DNA of 64,000 bases from Candidatus Bathyarchaeota archaeon (lineage in GTDB: Archaea; Thermoproteota; Bathyarchaeia; Bathyarchaeales; Bathycorpusculaceae), in the NCBI GenBank assembly GCA_963806535.1, contig CAWDYC010000003.1:160001-224000 (forward strand), in the 5' to 3' direction. Below are positions 40,773 through 52,358 of the stretch, piece by piece. A program made the translations under genes and the position numbers. Position 1 is the stretch's first letter; every line of letters starts with the position of its first letter. A model generated the notes under the pieces. It had not been told where the DNA came from. It saw nothing but the letters and a program-made list of their open reading frames with translations, and searched no databases.

Positions 40773-40926
40773 GCGGCTTATTACTCTCCCTAAAGAACAG
40801 ATTGTTCTTTTAGGAGAACACTAATTTGTAGTTTTGAGAAAGTTAACTTGAAAAAGAAAAGATAAGTTCGGCTCAGCCGCTTTTTAATTCGTGTTATCGT
40901 GCCAAGTTCTTTGACGGGCCTTTGTC

Positions 40927-42435
40927 TTATTCGTCTTTTATAATTACGATTTTGAGCACTACGATAAATATTGTTACAGTGATTAAGGCAGCTATTACTC
41001 CGTATATTACTTGAATCCAACTTGATTGCTCCAGAGTCTGGCTGTATTGAGCTATGGGGCTTGCGGAAGGAGGATTCGGGGTCTGTGATGTTGGCATCGT
41101 TTCGCCGCTTGCAGGGTTAACTATAACAGAGTTAACAGTAATGTTGTTTGTTTGTGTGGCTCTAGTTTTTGTTGAGTTTGGGTAAGGAGCTGGCGTTGGT
41201 GTTGGACTTGGGGAAACTGAGGGAGTTGGCATAGGGGATTGGTGAAGTGCGGTGTAGGAGCTGGAGAGACGCCTGAGGAAGCGAACGCATACAGTGAAAA
41301 GTTAAAGTTGCCTATGTAGACCATGCCGTTGGAAATTGATGGAGAAGCCCAATCAATAAGTCCAGTTGTGTTGTAACTCCATAGTTTTGTACCGTCTGCT
41401 GCGTTCTAAAGCGTACAAATAATCATCTCTTGATCCAAAGTAAACTACGCCGTTAGAGATTGTAGGGGAAGACGATACATCATCGCCAGTTCGGTAACTC
41501 CACAGTTTGTTTCCATTAGCGGCGTTTAGAGCATACACATTCTGGTCATACGTTCCCACGTAGATTACACCGTCAGCGACGGCAGGTGACGAATCTCCTC
41601 CTGTGCCTACTCTGCAACTCCACAATAAAGCTCCGGTTGAAGCATTAAGAGCATAAAATAAGCTGCTTAATGAACTAACGTAGACTACATTGTTCACAAC
41701 AGCTACTGATGCGTAAACATAGTTGTGTGTTGAGAAAAACCACAGAACATTTCCTGTTGAAGCGTTCAAAGCATAAACGTTTCCATCAGCCGAACCTTCA
41801 TACACTACACCAGCAACCAAGGTAGGGGACGATTGCACAACTTGTCCTGTTTGATAACTCCATAATTTGCTTCCATCAGTTGCGTTCAAAGCGTAAATGC
41901 TGTAATCATTTGAACCAATGTAGACTACGCCATCGGCAACAGCGGGGGACGAACGAACACGATTCCCTGTCTGATAACTCCAAAACATCTGCCCTGAACT
42001 TGAATTGAAAGCGTAAACTTTGCCATCGTCAGAACCCACATAGACTACGCCATCTAAAACTGTGGGGGATGAAAAAATTGGGCCGCCAGTGTGATTGGTC
42101 CACAATATTGCTCCTGAAGTAGCGTTTAAAGCAAAAAAATCACCATTTTCTTGACCAATGTAAAGGGTGCCATTAACAATGGCTGGAGTGGAGTCAATTG
42201 CATTTGTTGTGTTGAATATCCATTGTGGCTGACCCATATTTGGGCCTGGTGAGGTTGTGTAACCTGAATGTCCTAAATCGTTGCGGAACATGGGCCAAGA
42301 GTTGGAATCGCAACTACTAGTGTAACCGCTCTGGGTATCTCCAAACGCTGTTTTGAAATTATCAGCAAAAGCAGAACATAACAGGCATATCAAAAGCAAA
42401 ACCAAAAACGAGACAGATACTAACTTACTTTTCAT
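40927..42435 (-). CDS. PQQ-type beta-propeller surface protein (frameshifts near 41400 and 41240)
   Basis: WPMFR, repeated SSPAV..GVVY.GS.D..YALNA, PT linker, C-terminal TM. Confidence 0.85.
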
Positions 42436-42525
42436 TTAATCTTCTCCAAAAGTTTTCAAAATGTAACAGGCTTCCATCTGTTTTCCCTAATGTTTTCTAA
42501 ATTGTTTTACTGTAAAAGCGTTCTC

Positions 42526-42565
42526 GTCAAGGTTTCTTGACTGAGTTTAGTCAAAGTTTCTTTAC
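42526..42565. promoter_or_regulatory. tandem palindromic operator GTCAAG-N4-CTTGAC x2
   Basis: GTCAAGGTTTCTTGAC (42526) and GTCAAAGTTTCTTTAC (42550) between divergent surface-protein genes. Confidence 0.65.
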
Positions 42566-42611
42566 GACAATGCTTTAGAACCAATTCTAGTCGCTAATAC
42601 TTGGTGACAGA

Positions 42612-44649
42612 ATGAGCAAATTATCGACGAGTTTGTTCTTAACGACTTTATTGGTTGTTTCTTTGGTTATGGTTGGAAATGCGCAGTTTGGTGAAGCGCA
42701 GGCCTCAGGCAATAGTGTCAGCGGAATTATTGTTACAGACACTACTTGGAACCAAGCAGGCAGCCCTTATACTTTAATTGGAAATATTTTGGTCAATAAT
42801 GGGGTGACTTTAACTATTCAGTCAGGAACCACGGTGAATATTGGCGGTTATTACTTAATGGTAAACGGCACCCTACAGGCAATCGGAACAAGCACAAACC
42901 CGGTCACTTTCAATAGCAACTCAAGTTATTATTCTGGTTCATCTTCGTCTTCAGGAATTATCATAACCCAATACAGCAAGGGCTGGAACAGCCTAACGTC
43001 GACAGGCACTATAATTCAGTATGCGTTAGTTAATTCGCAATTGACAGTCAGCAATTTGGCAGAATTAGACCAAGATACAATCAATTTTGGCATAAACGTA
43101 CAATCAAACGTAAATGCAATTCAAAATGGAACGGCGATAATTTCAGACAACACAATTAAAGGATCAATTACGGTTGGCAACGCTTTAGGCAGTGCCATTA
43201 TCACAAACAACACTATTTCAGGCGGCGGAATTTCTTTTGGGTCGATGAATGCACCAAGTGTTAAGGTTATTGGCAACACAATATCTGGTTGCGGGACAGG
43301 AATAAGCGTGGGTTGCTGGGGAGGATTCAATAGTTCTACTCAGGTAATCGATAACAACTTGATATTTAACAGCACAATTGGCATCAACCTTGCTGATTGG
43401 GAAGGAGGCGGCCCTGCGGTTGAAAACAATACAATTACCAATAATACAATTGGAATTTGCGTCGCTTATCCTTGGGGAAACAATCAACCAGTACTTAACG
43501 CACCCATAGTATACAACAACCTTGGCGGTAACTCGAAATACGACTTTCAGAATCAGCAGCCGACAACAGTTAACGCAGCATACAATTGGTGGGGAACAAC
43601 CGACACTCAAGCAATAAGCCAAGTAATCTATGACTACTACGACGACTTCAGCATCGGAGTAGTTAATTACGCACCATTCTTGAATGCTTCAAACACCCAA
43701 GCTTCAATTGAGTCGGGACCAACGACCTCTCCAGTCATGCCTAACCCAACCCCGACGCCACAGACACCAATTGTAACACAAACCAACCTTAATGTTACTC
43801 CTAACCCAGTAGGTGTGGGCCAGATAGATGATAAACTTTGGGCTCAACCAATTGCCCCCATTAAGTAACGGCACATACAGCAACGTATGGAGCAACATAA
43901 CCATCGGAATAACCCTTCCAGATGGACAGCATGTAACATTGGGACCGTTTATAACTAATGCGACTGGAAGAGCAGCAGCCGTATACACGCCAACTCAAAT
44001 TGGAAATTTAACTTTTCAAGCATTTTCTTCAGGCGAAATACTTCAAGGATTATTCTACGAACAATCAAGCAGCAATATAGTTACTTTATCAGTGCAACAG
44101 CAACCAATACCAAGCTCTTCCCCTTCACCCACACCCACAACAACTTCTATAGAAAGCAAAAGCCAATCCTCAACTTTACGTGCAACAACTGACAAAGGCG
44201 CAATAGTTGATCTACCCATTAACGGTGACATTAACAGTTCACAGATGTCTAATGTCATTATTGCAACAAATCAGTCAGCAACATCCACAATCATATCGTT
44301 TACCCTAACAGGCCAAAGCGGCACAACGGGATTTAGCAACATAATAATCTCCAAGAACACAATTCCATACGGAAAGATACCTGCGATCTACATTGACAAC
44401 CAATTAGCTTCAAATCAGGGTTACACACAAGACGACAACAACTATTACGTTTGGTATTCGACCCATTTCAGCACGCATCAAGTATCAATTGTTTTCACCG
44501 GAGGCGAACAGGCCACGTACAATGGGTCTCAGTCACAGGCAAGCATCCTTGAAATAGCCTATGGAGTCGCGGCTGGCGCAGCAATTGTTATAGCAATTGT
44601 TGTTGTACTAATGCTGATAATGAAAAGCAAAAAAATCGAGGCATATTAA
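42612..44649 (+). CDS. beta-helix + Ig-like surface protein with C-terminal TM (frameshift near 43825)
   Basis: DTTW..GSPY, Asn-ladder, YNWWGTTD, TPNPVGVGQ, THFSTH, TM+KSKK. Confidence 0.8.
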
Positions 44650-45017
44650 AAAAGTTTGCCGGATCAAGTCTGACTCGACCTACTTCATTTCAGCGTTGCA
44701 ATTTAATCTTAAGCTTAATGAAATTCAAATACCTAATGATAGTTCGGATCGTGGCGTCTTTTTATTTTTTTTCGGTTTTATCGATCAAAAAGTCAAGAAC
44801 GTTCAGGTTATTCAATAAAAAAAGGATTGTTGAAAATCAGGCCCAAGGTTTCTTGACAGATTTCAGAAATTCAAAAGCCTTTATTCAAACCCAAATTTGC
44901 TATTAGGGTTACATTTGGGTAAATCAATAATAACCTTTTAGCGCAATGGATTTCTGAAAAGCAGGTTTTTCTAATTTTTGAGAATAATTAAAGTAACAAT
45001 TCAAGGAAAAGAGAACA

Positions 45018-46409
45018 ATGATTCAACTCGCAACAAGAAGAAAAACAATTATTACGATTGCAGCGCTCACAGCGATAATTCTTGTTCTTTCCAGTTTTTC
45101 GCCAACAGTTCATTCTCAAACTGGTAGCAACTCTACTATCCCCTGCACAGTAAACACCTATGGAAATGCGTGGGATGGAGCGTTGTCTTTTGATCTTTCA
45201 GGAACCTATGATGCCTTGGTGGTTATGGACACTAACGGAACCGTAATAAACATGCGCGAATCTGGCACCACTTACGGACCAGCATACAACATTGATCCTG
45301 ACATTTTGCTATTCGAAGGTGAACCTCAAGTTAGTGACCCTAACTCTGCCTGGCCAACTTGGGCTACGCATCTATGGAATTTAACTTCAGACACAACTGA
45401 AGACTTTCTTGAGGATCTTAGCGAACATGATATCCAATATGATCCAGTCAACAACACTTTTCTGACTCTCCAAGACTACGTCATGCAAGTCGGAAACAAC
45501 TTGATCCTCACTGACAAAATTGTACAGGTTGACTCAAATGGCAATACACTTTGGACATGGGACATCTATGATCACATACCAATCACAGAGGCCTCTTCAT
45601 ACAATCAAACCGATGTAGTCAATGGACAAACGGTAGAGGATTTCAGCCATGCAAACGATCTCGATTGGAACTACAACGACAACGTCATATACCTTAATTT
45701 ACGAAACACCAACACCTTCTACAAGATTAACCAAACAACGGGAAACATAATTTGGGCTTGCGGTGAATTTGGCAACTTCACGCTTTTGAATGCCAATGAT
45801 AAGCAAGTTTCTAGTTTATGGTATGGTTGTCATGATGTCAAGGAAGTGGCCCCAGATGTCTTCACAATTTTTGATAACGATTATGACAATAATACTAACC
45901 AAAATAATTGTCGCAGCCAGATGATAGAACTGACACTAAATGAAAAAAACATGACCGCTTACGTGAACTGGAGTTGGGAAGCTCCCACGCAATATTGGAA
46001 CGAATATGGAGGCGCGGCCGTAATTCTGCCAAACGGCGATTATTTAGGCGATTTTGGAGATCCAACACACCAATTTCCTCAAAACCAACCTTGGAACTTC
46101 AATAACACGGGAGCAGTTCTGGTTGAAGTGAATCCTGCAGGACAAGTAGTTAGAACATGGACGTTTCCAGTAGGATGGTATAGCTATCGAGTTAACCCAG
46201 TAATCAACCTAGCCTTTGCAGTCACCCCGTCTCCAACTGCATCAGCAAGTCCGACACCGCCAAATACGAATAATTCGCAAACAGTCAACGAAACCATAGC
46301 ACTTGCAACAGTAATCGTTATAATCACAGTCTTTGCCGCCCTAATCTACCTAAGAAAAAGAACTAACCTTATAAAATTGATAAAGAAAAAAGATAGCAGC
46401 CAATCTTAA
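45018..46409 (+). CDS. arylsulfotransferase (ASST)-like beta-propeller surface protein
   Basis: EHD, WTWD..DH, DFSHAND, LNLRN, GCHD, FDN, LPNGD, YR motifs; signal peptide and TM. Confidence 0.75.
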   Translation: MIQLATRRKTIITIAALTAIILVLSSFSPTVHSQTGSNSTIPCTVNTYGNAWDGALSFDLSGTYDALVVMDTNGTVINMRESGTTYGPAYNIDPDILLFEGEPQVSDPNSAWPTWATHLWNLTSDTTEDFLEDLSEHDIQYDPVNNTFLTLQDYVMQVGNNLILTDKIVQVDSNGNTLWTWDIYDHIPITEASSYNQTDVVNGQTVEDFSHANDLDWNYNDNVIYLNLRNTNTFYKINQTTGNIIWACGEFGNFTLLNANDKQVSSLWYGCHDVKEVAPDVFTIFDNDYDNNTNQNNCRSQMIELTLNEKNMTAYVNWSWEAPTQYWNEYGGAAVILPNGDYLGDFGDPTHQFPQNQPWNFNNTGAVLVEVNPAGQVVRTWTFPVGWYSYRVNPVINLAFAVTPSPTASASPTPPNTNNSQTVNETIALATVIVIITVFAALIYLRKRTNLIKLIKKKDSSQS

Positions 46410-46608
46410 GACATTTCCACAAAAAGCTACATCAAACTTTTCCACAACATCCGAAAGTTTTTAGAGGTAATCATGAAGAAAAATGGGTTCAGTCTTTGGC
46501 AATATTCAAAAAAGGACATTTTCAATCAGCCAAATTTTTATATATAACTTTCTTTAGCGCTAGTATTGATCTTTTCCTAATCTCAAAACGTTTCAAGCAG
46601 GAGGTGAG

Positions 46609-47061
46609 ATGAGAATGTCTGATGAGAAAATGATTCCGCAAAAACCCGTTCTTGAAGTCTTATGTGCTATACAAGGCGCTTTGGGGGAAGAAAATCAGAA
46701 AGTCTTCGCGAAAGCTAGTATGGCGATGGGAAAAGCCTGGGGAAAAACTATTCCTGCAGCCGAAAACTCTGATGCCTTGATGAATCAAATCGCAAAATAC
46801 CTACGTGACGATTTGAAGCTTGCTCAAAGCATAACTGTTGAAAAGCAAGGACAAGAATATATCATGAAAAACCGGGGCTGCTATATTTGTCATGGAAAAA
46901 TGGTAAAAGAAAGATTTGACATTAAACCTGCCTGCGCTATGTCTATGTTTCCAGTAGGTGCGCTTTCAGAAAACCTCAAAATCAGAAACGTCCGCCTAAA
47001 AGAAATTCGTAAGCCAGGCCCAATGGGCGACTGCGACTGGGTCTATGAGATCGGAAATTGA
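46609..47061 (+). CDS. hypothetical protein, V4R-like Cys-containing fold
   Basis: GGAGGTG SD; CYIC..C...CDW pattern. Confidence 0.6.
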   Translation: MRMSDEKMIPQKPVLEVLCAIQGALGEENQKVFAKASMAMGKAWGKTIPAAENSDALMNQIAKYLRDDLKLAQSITVEKQGQEYIMKNRGCYICHGKMVKERFDIKPACAMSMFPVGALSENLKIRNVRLKEIRKPGPMGDCDWVYEIGN

Positions 47062-47162
47062 CACTCAACGCTTTTTTTATAATGTATTTACCCCCTTATG
47101 AGGTTTAGGTTGGGGGCAAACACTTTGTATTAATAATAAAAAAAAACGGATTGTAAAAACTG

Positions 47163-48404
47163 CTATTTCCGTTTTCTAAGAACTACAACTGCGGCAACAA
47201 TTATTACGACTAAGACAACTATTATGATTGCGTAGTATACGATTGATGGGATACCTGTATTGCTTGATGTACTGTTTGAGGCTTGACCGACCGCGTAAAG
47301 GTTGCCGTCATAAGAGCCAAAGTATGCCACTCCATTAACTACTGCGGTTGATGAGTAGATGTTGCCGCCTGTTTGGTAGCTCCATAGGAAGTCGCCTGTT
47401 TGAGCATTAAGCGCATAGGTCTTGTTATCGAGGGAACTAATGTATTCAACGTTACCGATGATTGCTGGAGCAGTGTAGACTCCACCGCCGGTGGTGTAAT
47501 GCCACTTTGTAGCACCCGTTGATGCATCGAGGGCGTACACGTTGTTGTCGAAGGAGCCGCCTGTGTAAACTATTCCATTAGCGTAGGCTGGGGAATCTTG
47601 GACACATTGTTCGTAGCCAGTTGTAACGTGCCATACTAAGGCTCCAGTATTAGCGTTTAATGCGTAAGTTTGGTTATCAAAGCTGCCTACGTAAAGATTA
47701 CCATTTGCGACTACTGGCGAGGACTCCACAACACTTCCTGTAGTGAAATTCCATTTTTCAACACCTGTTGTAGCATCAAGGGCATAGACTTTGTGGTCAT
47801 ATGAGCCAAAATAAACTATACCATTGGATACGGCAGGAGAAGAGATAACGTAGCCGCCCGTTGTAAACTTCCATATTAATGCGCCATTGTTAGCATTTAA
47901 CGCGTAAAGATTATTGTCATTTGAGCCAACATAAACTACGCCATTAGAGACTGTTGGGGGAGATTCAGCTTTGTTTCCAGTGGTATAATTCCAAATTAAA
48001 ACACCATTTTGTGCGGTTAATGCATAGATGTTGTGGTCATCTGAGGCAATGTAAACTAGATTGTCTGTTACAGCTGGTGAACTGTAAATTGTTCCATGTG
48101 TTGCAAAATCCCATATTTTCGAGCCATTTGTGGCGTTTATTGCATACAAGTTATGATCAAAAGAAGCTACGTAGACAATGTCTTTGGCTACTACTGGGGA
48201 AGACCAGACTGCGTTATTTGTTTTAAAGACCCAAAGAGTTTGATTAGTGGTGGGACCTGACCCAGATGCATAGCCTGTATGTGCTTGGTCGCCGTGGAAC
48301 ATAGCCCAAGAAGCTTCTTGCTGAGCATTAACAGTAATCATGAACATCGAAACTGTAGAAAAACATAAAATAGCCAAAATTAACATACCATAAAATTTCT
48401 TCAT
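47163..48404 (-). CDS. PQQ-type beta-propeller surface protein
   Basis: WAMFHGD..HTG, eight PQQ-like repeats, C-terminal TM+RKRK. Confidence 0.9.
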   Translation of the reverse strand: MKKFYGMLILAILCFSTVSMFMITVNAQQEASWAMFHGDQAHTGYASGSGPTTNQTLWVFKTNNAVWSSPVVAKDIVYVASFDHNLYAINATNGSKIWDFATHGTIYSSPAVTDNLVYIASDDHNIYALTAQNGVLIWNYTTGNKAESPPTVSNGVVYVGSNDNNLYALNANNGALIWKFTTGGYVISSPAVSNGIVYFGSYDHKVYALDATTGVEKWNFTTGSVVESSPVVANGNLYVGSFDNQTYALNANTGALVWHVTTGYEQCVQDSPAYANGIVYTGGSFDNNVYALDASTGATKWHYTTGGGVYTAPAIIGNVEYISSLDNKTYALNAQTGDFLWSYQTGGNIYSSTAVVNGVAYFGSYDGNLYAVGQASNSTSSNTGIPSIVYYAIIIVVLVVIIVAAVVVLRKRK

Positions 48405-48587
48405 AATAATCCTAACTTATCCTAACTCAATAGTATTTAATAAGCCATTTTGGTCACATATCTCTTGTCCCTAAAGCATCAGGGTTTTTGTAGAATCGAA
48501 TCAAGCTTCTTACTTTCCTATAAAATTTAAAAATAATAAAGTTTAAGAAAACCGCAGGTTGTTCCTATTTCTGGCTGATTGCAAAAT

Positions 48588-49001
48588 ATGAAAAAGAAAG
48601 CATTCATATCTGGACCTATTCTAGGCATGGAAACCAATCAAGGTTACAGAGGAACAATAACTGAGATACTGGATAGATTTGGTTTTGATGTAATTGATCC
48701 GTGGAAAAGAGAGAAAATTCTATATCAAGTAGATGAGAGATGCTGGTGGGATAAGGTTCCGACGTTTGACTTTATCCAGAGGGACCTAGACGATGCCGAC
48801 AGATGCGACCTCATGGTTGTTTATCTGCCGATTCTATCTGCTGGAGCTTGCATGGAAATGTTTTACGCAAAACGCAACGGAAAGAAAATCATTGTGATTT
48901 CAGAAATTAAATGTTTGAGCCCATGGATTGTAGCACATTCTGACATAATCGTAAACAGCCTTGACAATCTTGAGGATGCACTAAAGAAGATACAAATCTA
49001 A
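48588..49001 (+). CDS. nucleoside 2-deoxyribosyltransferase-like protein
   Basis: FISGPI, IDPW, RDL....CD, SAGACME. Confidence 0.7.
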   Translation: MKKKAFISGPILGMETNQGYRGTITEILDRFGFDVIDPWKREKILYQVDERCWWDKVPTFDFIQRDLDDADRCDLMVVYLPILSAGACMEMFYAKRNGKKIIVISEIKCLSPWIVAHSDIIVNSLDNLEDALKKIQI

Positions 49002-49011
49002 TCTCAAAAAA

Positions 49012-49209
49012 CTATATTGTTTTTTGATTTATGTCGGTCCACTCGTGACCGCAGTTTTTACATTTGAAAGTAACTCTAATGTTTTCAACATGTATTTCCT
49101 TAACACTACCATGGAAACCGTGTTCTTGAACCTCGTATGCCTCAAGCACCTCTTTTTTCGCCTCCACATCGTCAAACAGTTTTTTGCAAGACGGACATCT
49201 TCTAAACAT
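49012..49209 (-). CDS. small zinc-ribbon protein
   Basis: CPSC...CKNCGHEW. Confidence 0.65.
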   Translation of the reverse strand: MFRRCPSCKKLFDDVEAKKEVLEAYEVQEHGFHGSVKEIHVENIRVTFKCKNCGHEWTDINQKTI

Positions 49210-49426
49210 CTTTTAAGCCCACCTCAATCGCTTCAACGTCTCATTAAATATATTTGTGATTATGAAAAGAGATTATAAATTCCTTAAGAAGTTAGTTCAT
49301 GAAAGGTATTGCTTGTTATTCCTTGAAGCGCTTATTGGTGCTTAAGTGTAGTCACATAATTTTAATAGTAATTACAGATGCTAAGTAATTAGTTTCTGAA
49401 ACAGGGTTTGCTTGGAGGTGAACTAT

Positions 49427-49582
49427 TTGTCTGATGAATGTAAAAAGACTGGTCCACGTATAACTGTGCCTGAGCCTGAAATGACTAAAGATAAAAAATA
49501 TAAGTGCCCGATAGACCAGGAGGTTTATGACAACAAAAACGATTATGAAGCGCATTGTAAAGAAGAGCATGATGTACTTTAA
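49427..49582 (+). CDS. 51-aa zinc-finger-like protein (absent from ORF track)
   Basis: GGAGGTG SD + TTG; MSDECKK...YKCPIDQEVYDNKNDYEAHCKEEHDVL. Confidence 0.65.
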   Translation: MSDECKKTGPRITVPEPEMTKDKKYKCPIDQEVYDNKNDYEAHCKEEHDVL

Positions 49583-49889
49583 AATGAAAAGAATTGAATA
49601 GCCTTTTGCTTAAGCATACGATACTGTGCAATGAGCTTGTTTTACGTTGTTTGCTTATCTTATGGCTTCATCTATTTTTTGGTCACGTTTAGTTCTCGTG
49701 ACTTCTTTAAAAAGCTCCAAGCACTCTTCCTTGGTCGGTGCTTCAATGCCTATGCTGCCATAAGCGCCTATGTCAATTCTGTATTTTCTGTCTCTCTCTC
49801 TCTATCGTCAATTGATTGTTCCGTAAATCTTCCCCCCCTCTCTCATTATCTTTTCAGACAATGAATGGTTTATCATACGATCTGAGAAT

Positions 49890-50672
49890 TTATAAGGTTA
49901 ATGCCGACTCACCGATACGTTCAACCATTTTTTTTGGGTTAAAAACTATGAACCTAGAGTTTCGCATGTATCTACCTACTTTAGAAACTAGCCCCGCTGC
50001 ATCAGTTCCAAGTTTACAGATCAAAGCATGCTCAAACAACCCCAGTTCTTCAATGCCAATGATGTCTCTGTTTAATCTGGTTCGTTCAAGTACAGTTTCT
50101 ATTTCTCCTTGCGATGCCCCTAAAATAATTAATCTGTCTAGAAGAGACTGTTGCCATAAATGGATTTTTTCAATTTGAGGAGCTGATAATTCAGCGTTCA
50201 AAGCCTCGCTTTCCTCATCGTTTAGGCGAGTCACTTTGATCGTTAATGGTAAATTCTCCTTGAAGCCGAAGATTTCCGAGATTTTTTGTAAATCAATTTT
50301 TTTGCCATCGGTTAATTGAGCTTGTAAATATGCAACGGGTATAGTCGCTTGGATTACTTTTGGTTCAAAAATGCCTAAGTCTATTTTTAATTCTTGAGTT
50401 GCTGTGTCAATTTTTGAGATGTACCCTTTTAAAATAGAAAACTTGTTAACTTTCTTTATGCTTATCGGAGAAGTGCCAATTTTTTTGTTGATATAGCTTG
50501 TTGCAATAACTTCGTCTTCTCCAGAAATGAAAACTTTAACCCAGTTACCAGCAGAATTTCCCAAAACCTTAACGTCAACGCTTAAGTTTTCAAATTCAGA
50601 TTTCAGCAAGTCATCTATTAGCTTTAATTGACGAGCATTAGAAGTTTTAATAAGCAATGTTACGTCGGTCAT
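49890..50672 (-). CDS. DUF2110-like protein
   Basis: SGEDE, DIIGIEELGLFEH..CK.GTDA.G; conserved archaeal position downstream of tfe. Confidence 0.7.
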   Translation of the reverse strand: MTDVTLLIKTSNARQLKLIDDLLKSEFENLSVDVKVLGNSAGNWVKVFISGEDEVIATSYINKKIGTSPISIKKVNKFSILKGYISKIDTATQELKIDLGIFEPKVIQATIPVAYLQAQLTDGKKIDLQKISEIFGFKENLPLTIKVTRLNDEESEALNAELSAPQIEKIHLWQQSLLDRLIILGASQGEIETVLERTRLNRDIIGIEELGLFEHALICKLGTDAAGLVSKVGRYMRNSRFIVFNPKKMVERIGESALTL

Positions 50673-50673
50673 G

Positions 50674-51198
50674 TTAATTTCCTAACAAATTAGTTATTTC
50701 TTCATGTAGCTTTCTAACTCTTTCCGCCGCTTCGTCCTTGTTCTCCATCTGAAGCTTCTTTATCTCTAACTCAATTGGAACCCGTTTCGACTGGTCAATA
50801 AGCTTATCGGCATATGAAACAATCTTTTCCTCCAACGTGACGGGCACATACACGTCTTTTGGCCAACCAAACGCTTCAGCTTCTTCCGCCGTTATTCCTG
50901 CGCCTACATGGCTCCGAATTATCCTGACCAATGATTCAGGCAAACCTTCAGAAGCAGCCATATTCGCACCTACAACACCGTGGTTAACGCCATGAGCCTT
51001 AGACCGACCAAGATCATGTAAAAGAGCCCCAACTTCAACAAGTTCACGATCCACTTTTAAGCCTTTTTTTTCAATTTTCTCTGCAATTTCGACTGCTAAT
51101 TTTGCAACCACTTCACAGTGGCGGATAACAATTGGCGGACAATGGTTTGCGCGGAGTAGTTCGATCGCTTGCTCCCTTGAAGGAAGCTTATTATTCAC
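50674..51198 (-). CDS. HD-domain (HDIG) phosphohydrolase
   Basis: H..V, ALLHDLGR, HG..G, HVGAG, EEKIVSYADK. Confidence 0.88.
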   Translation of the reverse strand: MNNKLPSREQAIELLRANHCPPIVIRHCEVVAKLAVEIAEKIEKKGLKVDRELVEVGALLHDLGRSKAHGVNHGVVGANMAASEGLPESLVRIIRSHVGAGITAEEAEAFGWPKDVYVPVTLEEKIVSYADKLIDQSKRVPIELEIKKLQMENKDEAAERVRKLHEEITNLLGN

Positions 51199-51703
51199 CG
51201 AGCTCTTTCCTCAACGTATCGACTTTCTCAGATAGTTTATCTATCATTTTTTCGTTTTCAAAATGTTCAAGTGGTTTGCTACAGTTGGAACAATGGAAAA
51301 CAAGTTCTACTGCTTCTTCAAATGGCACCCGTTTACATTCTGGGCTACCGCAATAATAGAAGTCATGGTTCTTTTCATATTCTAAGCGAACATTAAGTTT
51401 TTCTAGAACACGCCGTTTTTGACTTAAAATAAATCCTTCCAACTGGTCGGGTTGAAGTTTCCAATGAAAAATAAACCAGCCTGTTTTTGGATCACGAGTC
51501 CTTCTGAGACTTACAAGCGAGTGATCATAGAGCTTGTAAAGAATTTTGCGAACCGTATTTAAGCGAATGCCGGTTTTATTGGCGATTTCGTCGTCAGTTA
51601 TCTCATCCACGCCTTTGAGGTGCTCGATAAGTATGACAGCTTCCTGGTCACCAAGCGCCAAAGCTACTTTCAATAAGGTTGCATCATCAATTGTCGATAA
51701 CAT
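51191..51703 (-). CDS. tfe: transcription factor E
   Basis: TDDEIA..G..LN.VRK.LY.L, GWFIF.W, Zn ribbon, F.EA.E..FHC..C. Confidence 0.93.
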   Translation of the reverse strand: MLSTIDDATLLKVALALGDQEAVILIEHLKGVDEITDDEIANKTGIRLNTVRKILYKLYDHSLVSLRRTRDPKTGWFIFHWKLQPDQLEGFILSQKRRVLEKLNVRLEYEKNHDFYYCGSPECKRVPFEEAVELVFHCSNCSKPLEHFENEKMIDKLSEKVDTLRKELGE

Positions 51704-51770
51704 AATCTAATATTCCTTTTAATAATACATATTATTGCAACATGGTGTAATAAAACTCTTCTTACAAATG

Positions 51771-52358
51771 TTAACTAAATTCAGGGCTACTTTTAATTTC
51801 TTTACCTCGCTTCTGAGGAACAATTTTGATTTTTGCTTTCTCAAAATCTGACCCTAACTCTTTGCCTTCAAAAAACCTGTCTAAAAATATTGCAAGCGCA
51901 GAACATTCTGAATGCGGTTGATTCCCCACAGACACATTGAAATCAGAGACACCGCTTGAATAAAATTCACCGGGAACTTTCTGACTTCCAACAACAACCA
52001 AAATATCTTTTTTTAAGTTTTTTATTCGGTTTAAAACATCACTTGTTTGAATGTTTTCTCCATAAGCAGTTAAATGGACAACAGCGCCGTTACTTTTTTT
52101 CCAGTCGTGAACAACTTTTTTCCAGGGTGTGCCCATTTCAAATTTGAAGTTTCCACCCCATCGAGTAGTTATCTTATTTACGGTTTGTTCTATACTGGAG
52201 TCTTCCACATCGGAGAGGATGAAGCCTGAAGCGCAAAGTGCCCTTGCAGTTAAGGCTACATGGGTAGTTAACCGGACATCCCGTTGTGGCCTATGTCCCC
52301 ATCTTAAAACAGAAACTTTTGGTAAGTCATTTCTTGGGTTCTGTTTCGAATTTTCCAT
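51771..52358 (-). CDS. trm56: tRNA (cytidine(56)-2'-O)-methyltransferase
   Basis: GHRPQRD.R.TTHVALTARA, WGG, VHLT.YG, VG.QKVP, VGNQPHSE. Confidence 0.93.
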   Translation of the reverse strand: MENSKQNPRNDLPKVSVLRWGHRPQRDVRLTTHVALTARALCASGFILSDVEDSSIEQTVNKITTRWGGNFKFEMGTPWKKVVHDWKKSNGAVVHLTAYGENIQTSDVLNRIKNLKKDILVVVGSQKVPGEFYSSGVSDFNVSVGNQPHSECSALAIFLDRFFEGKELGSDFEKAKIKIVPQKRGKEIKSSPEFS

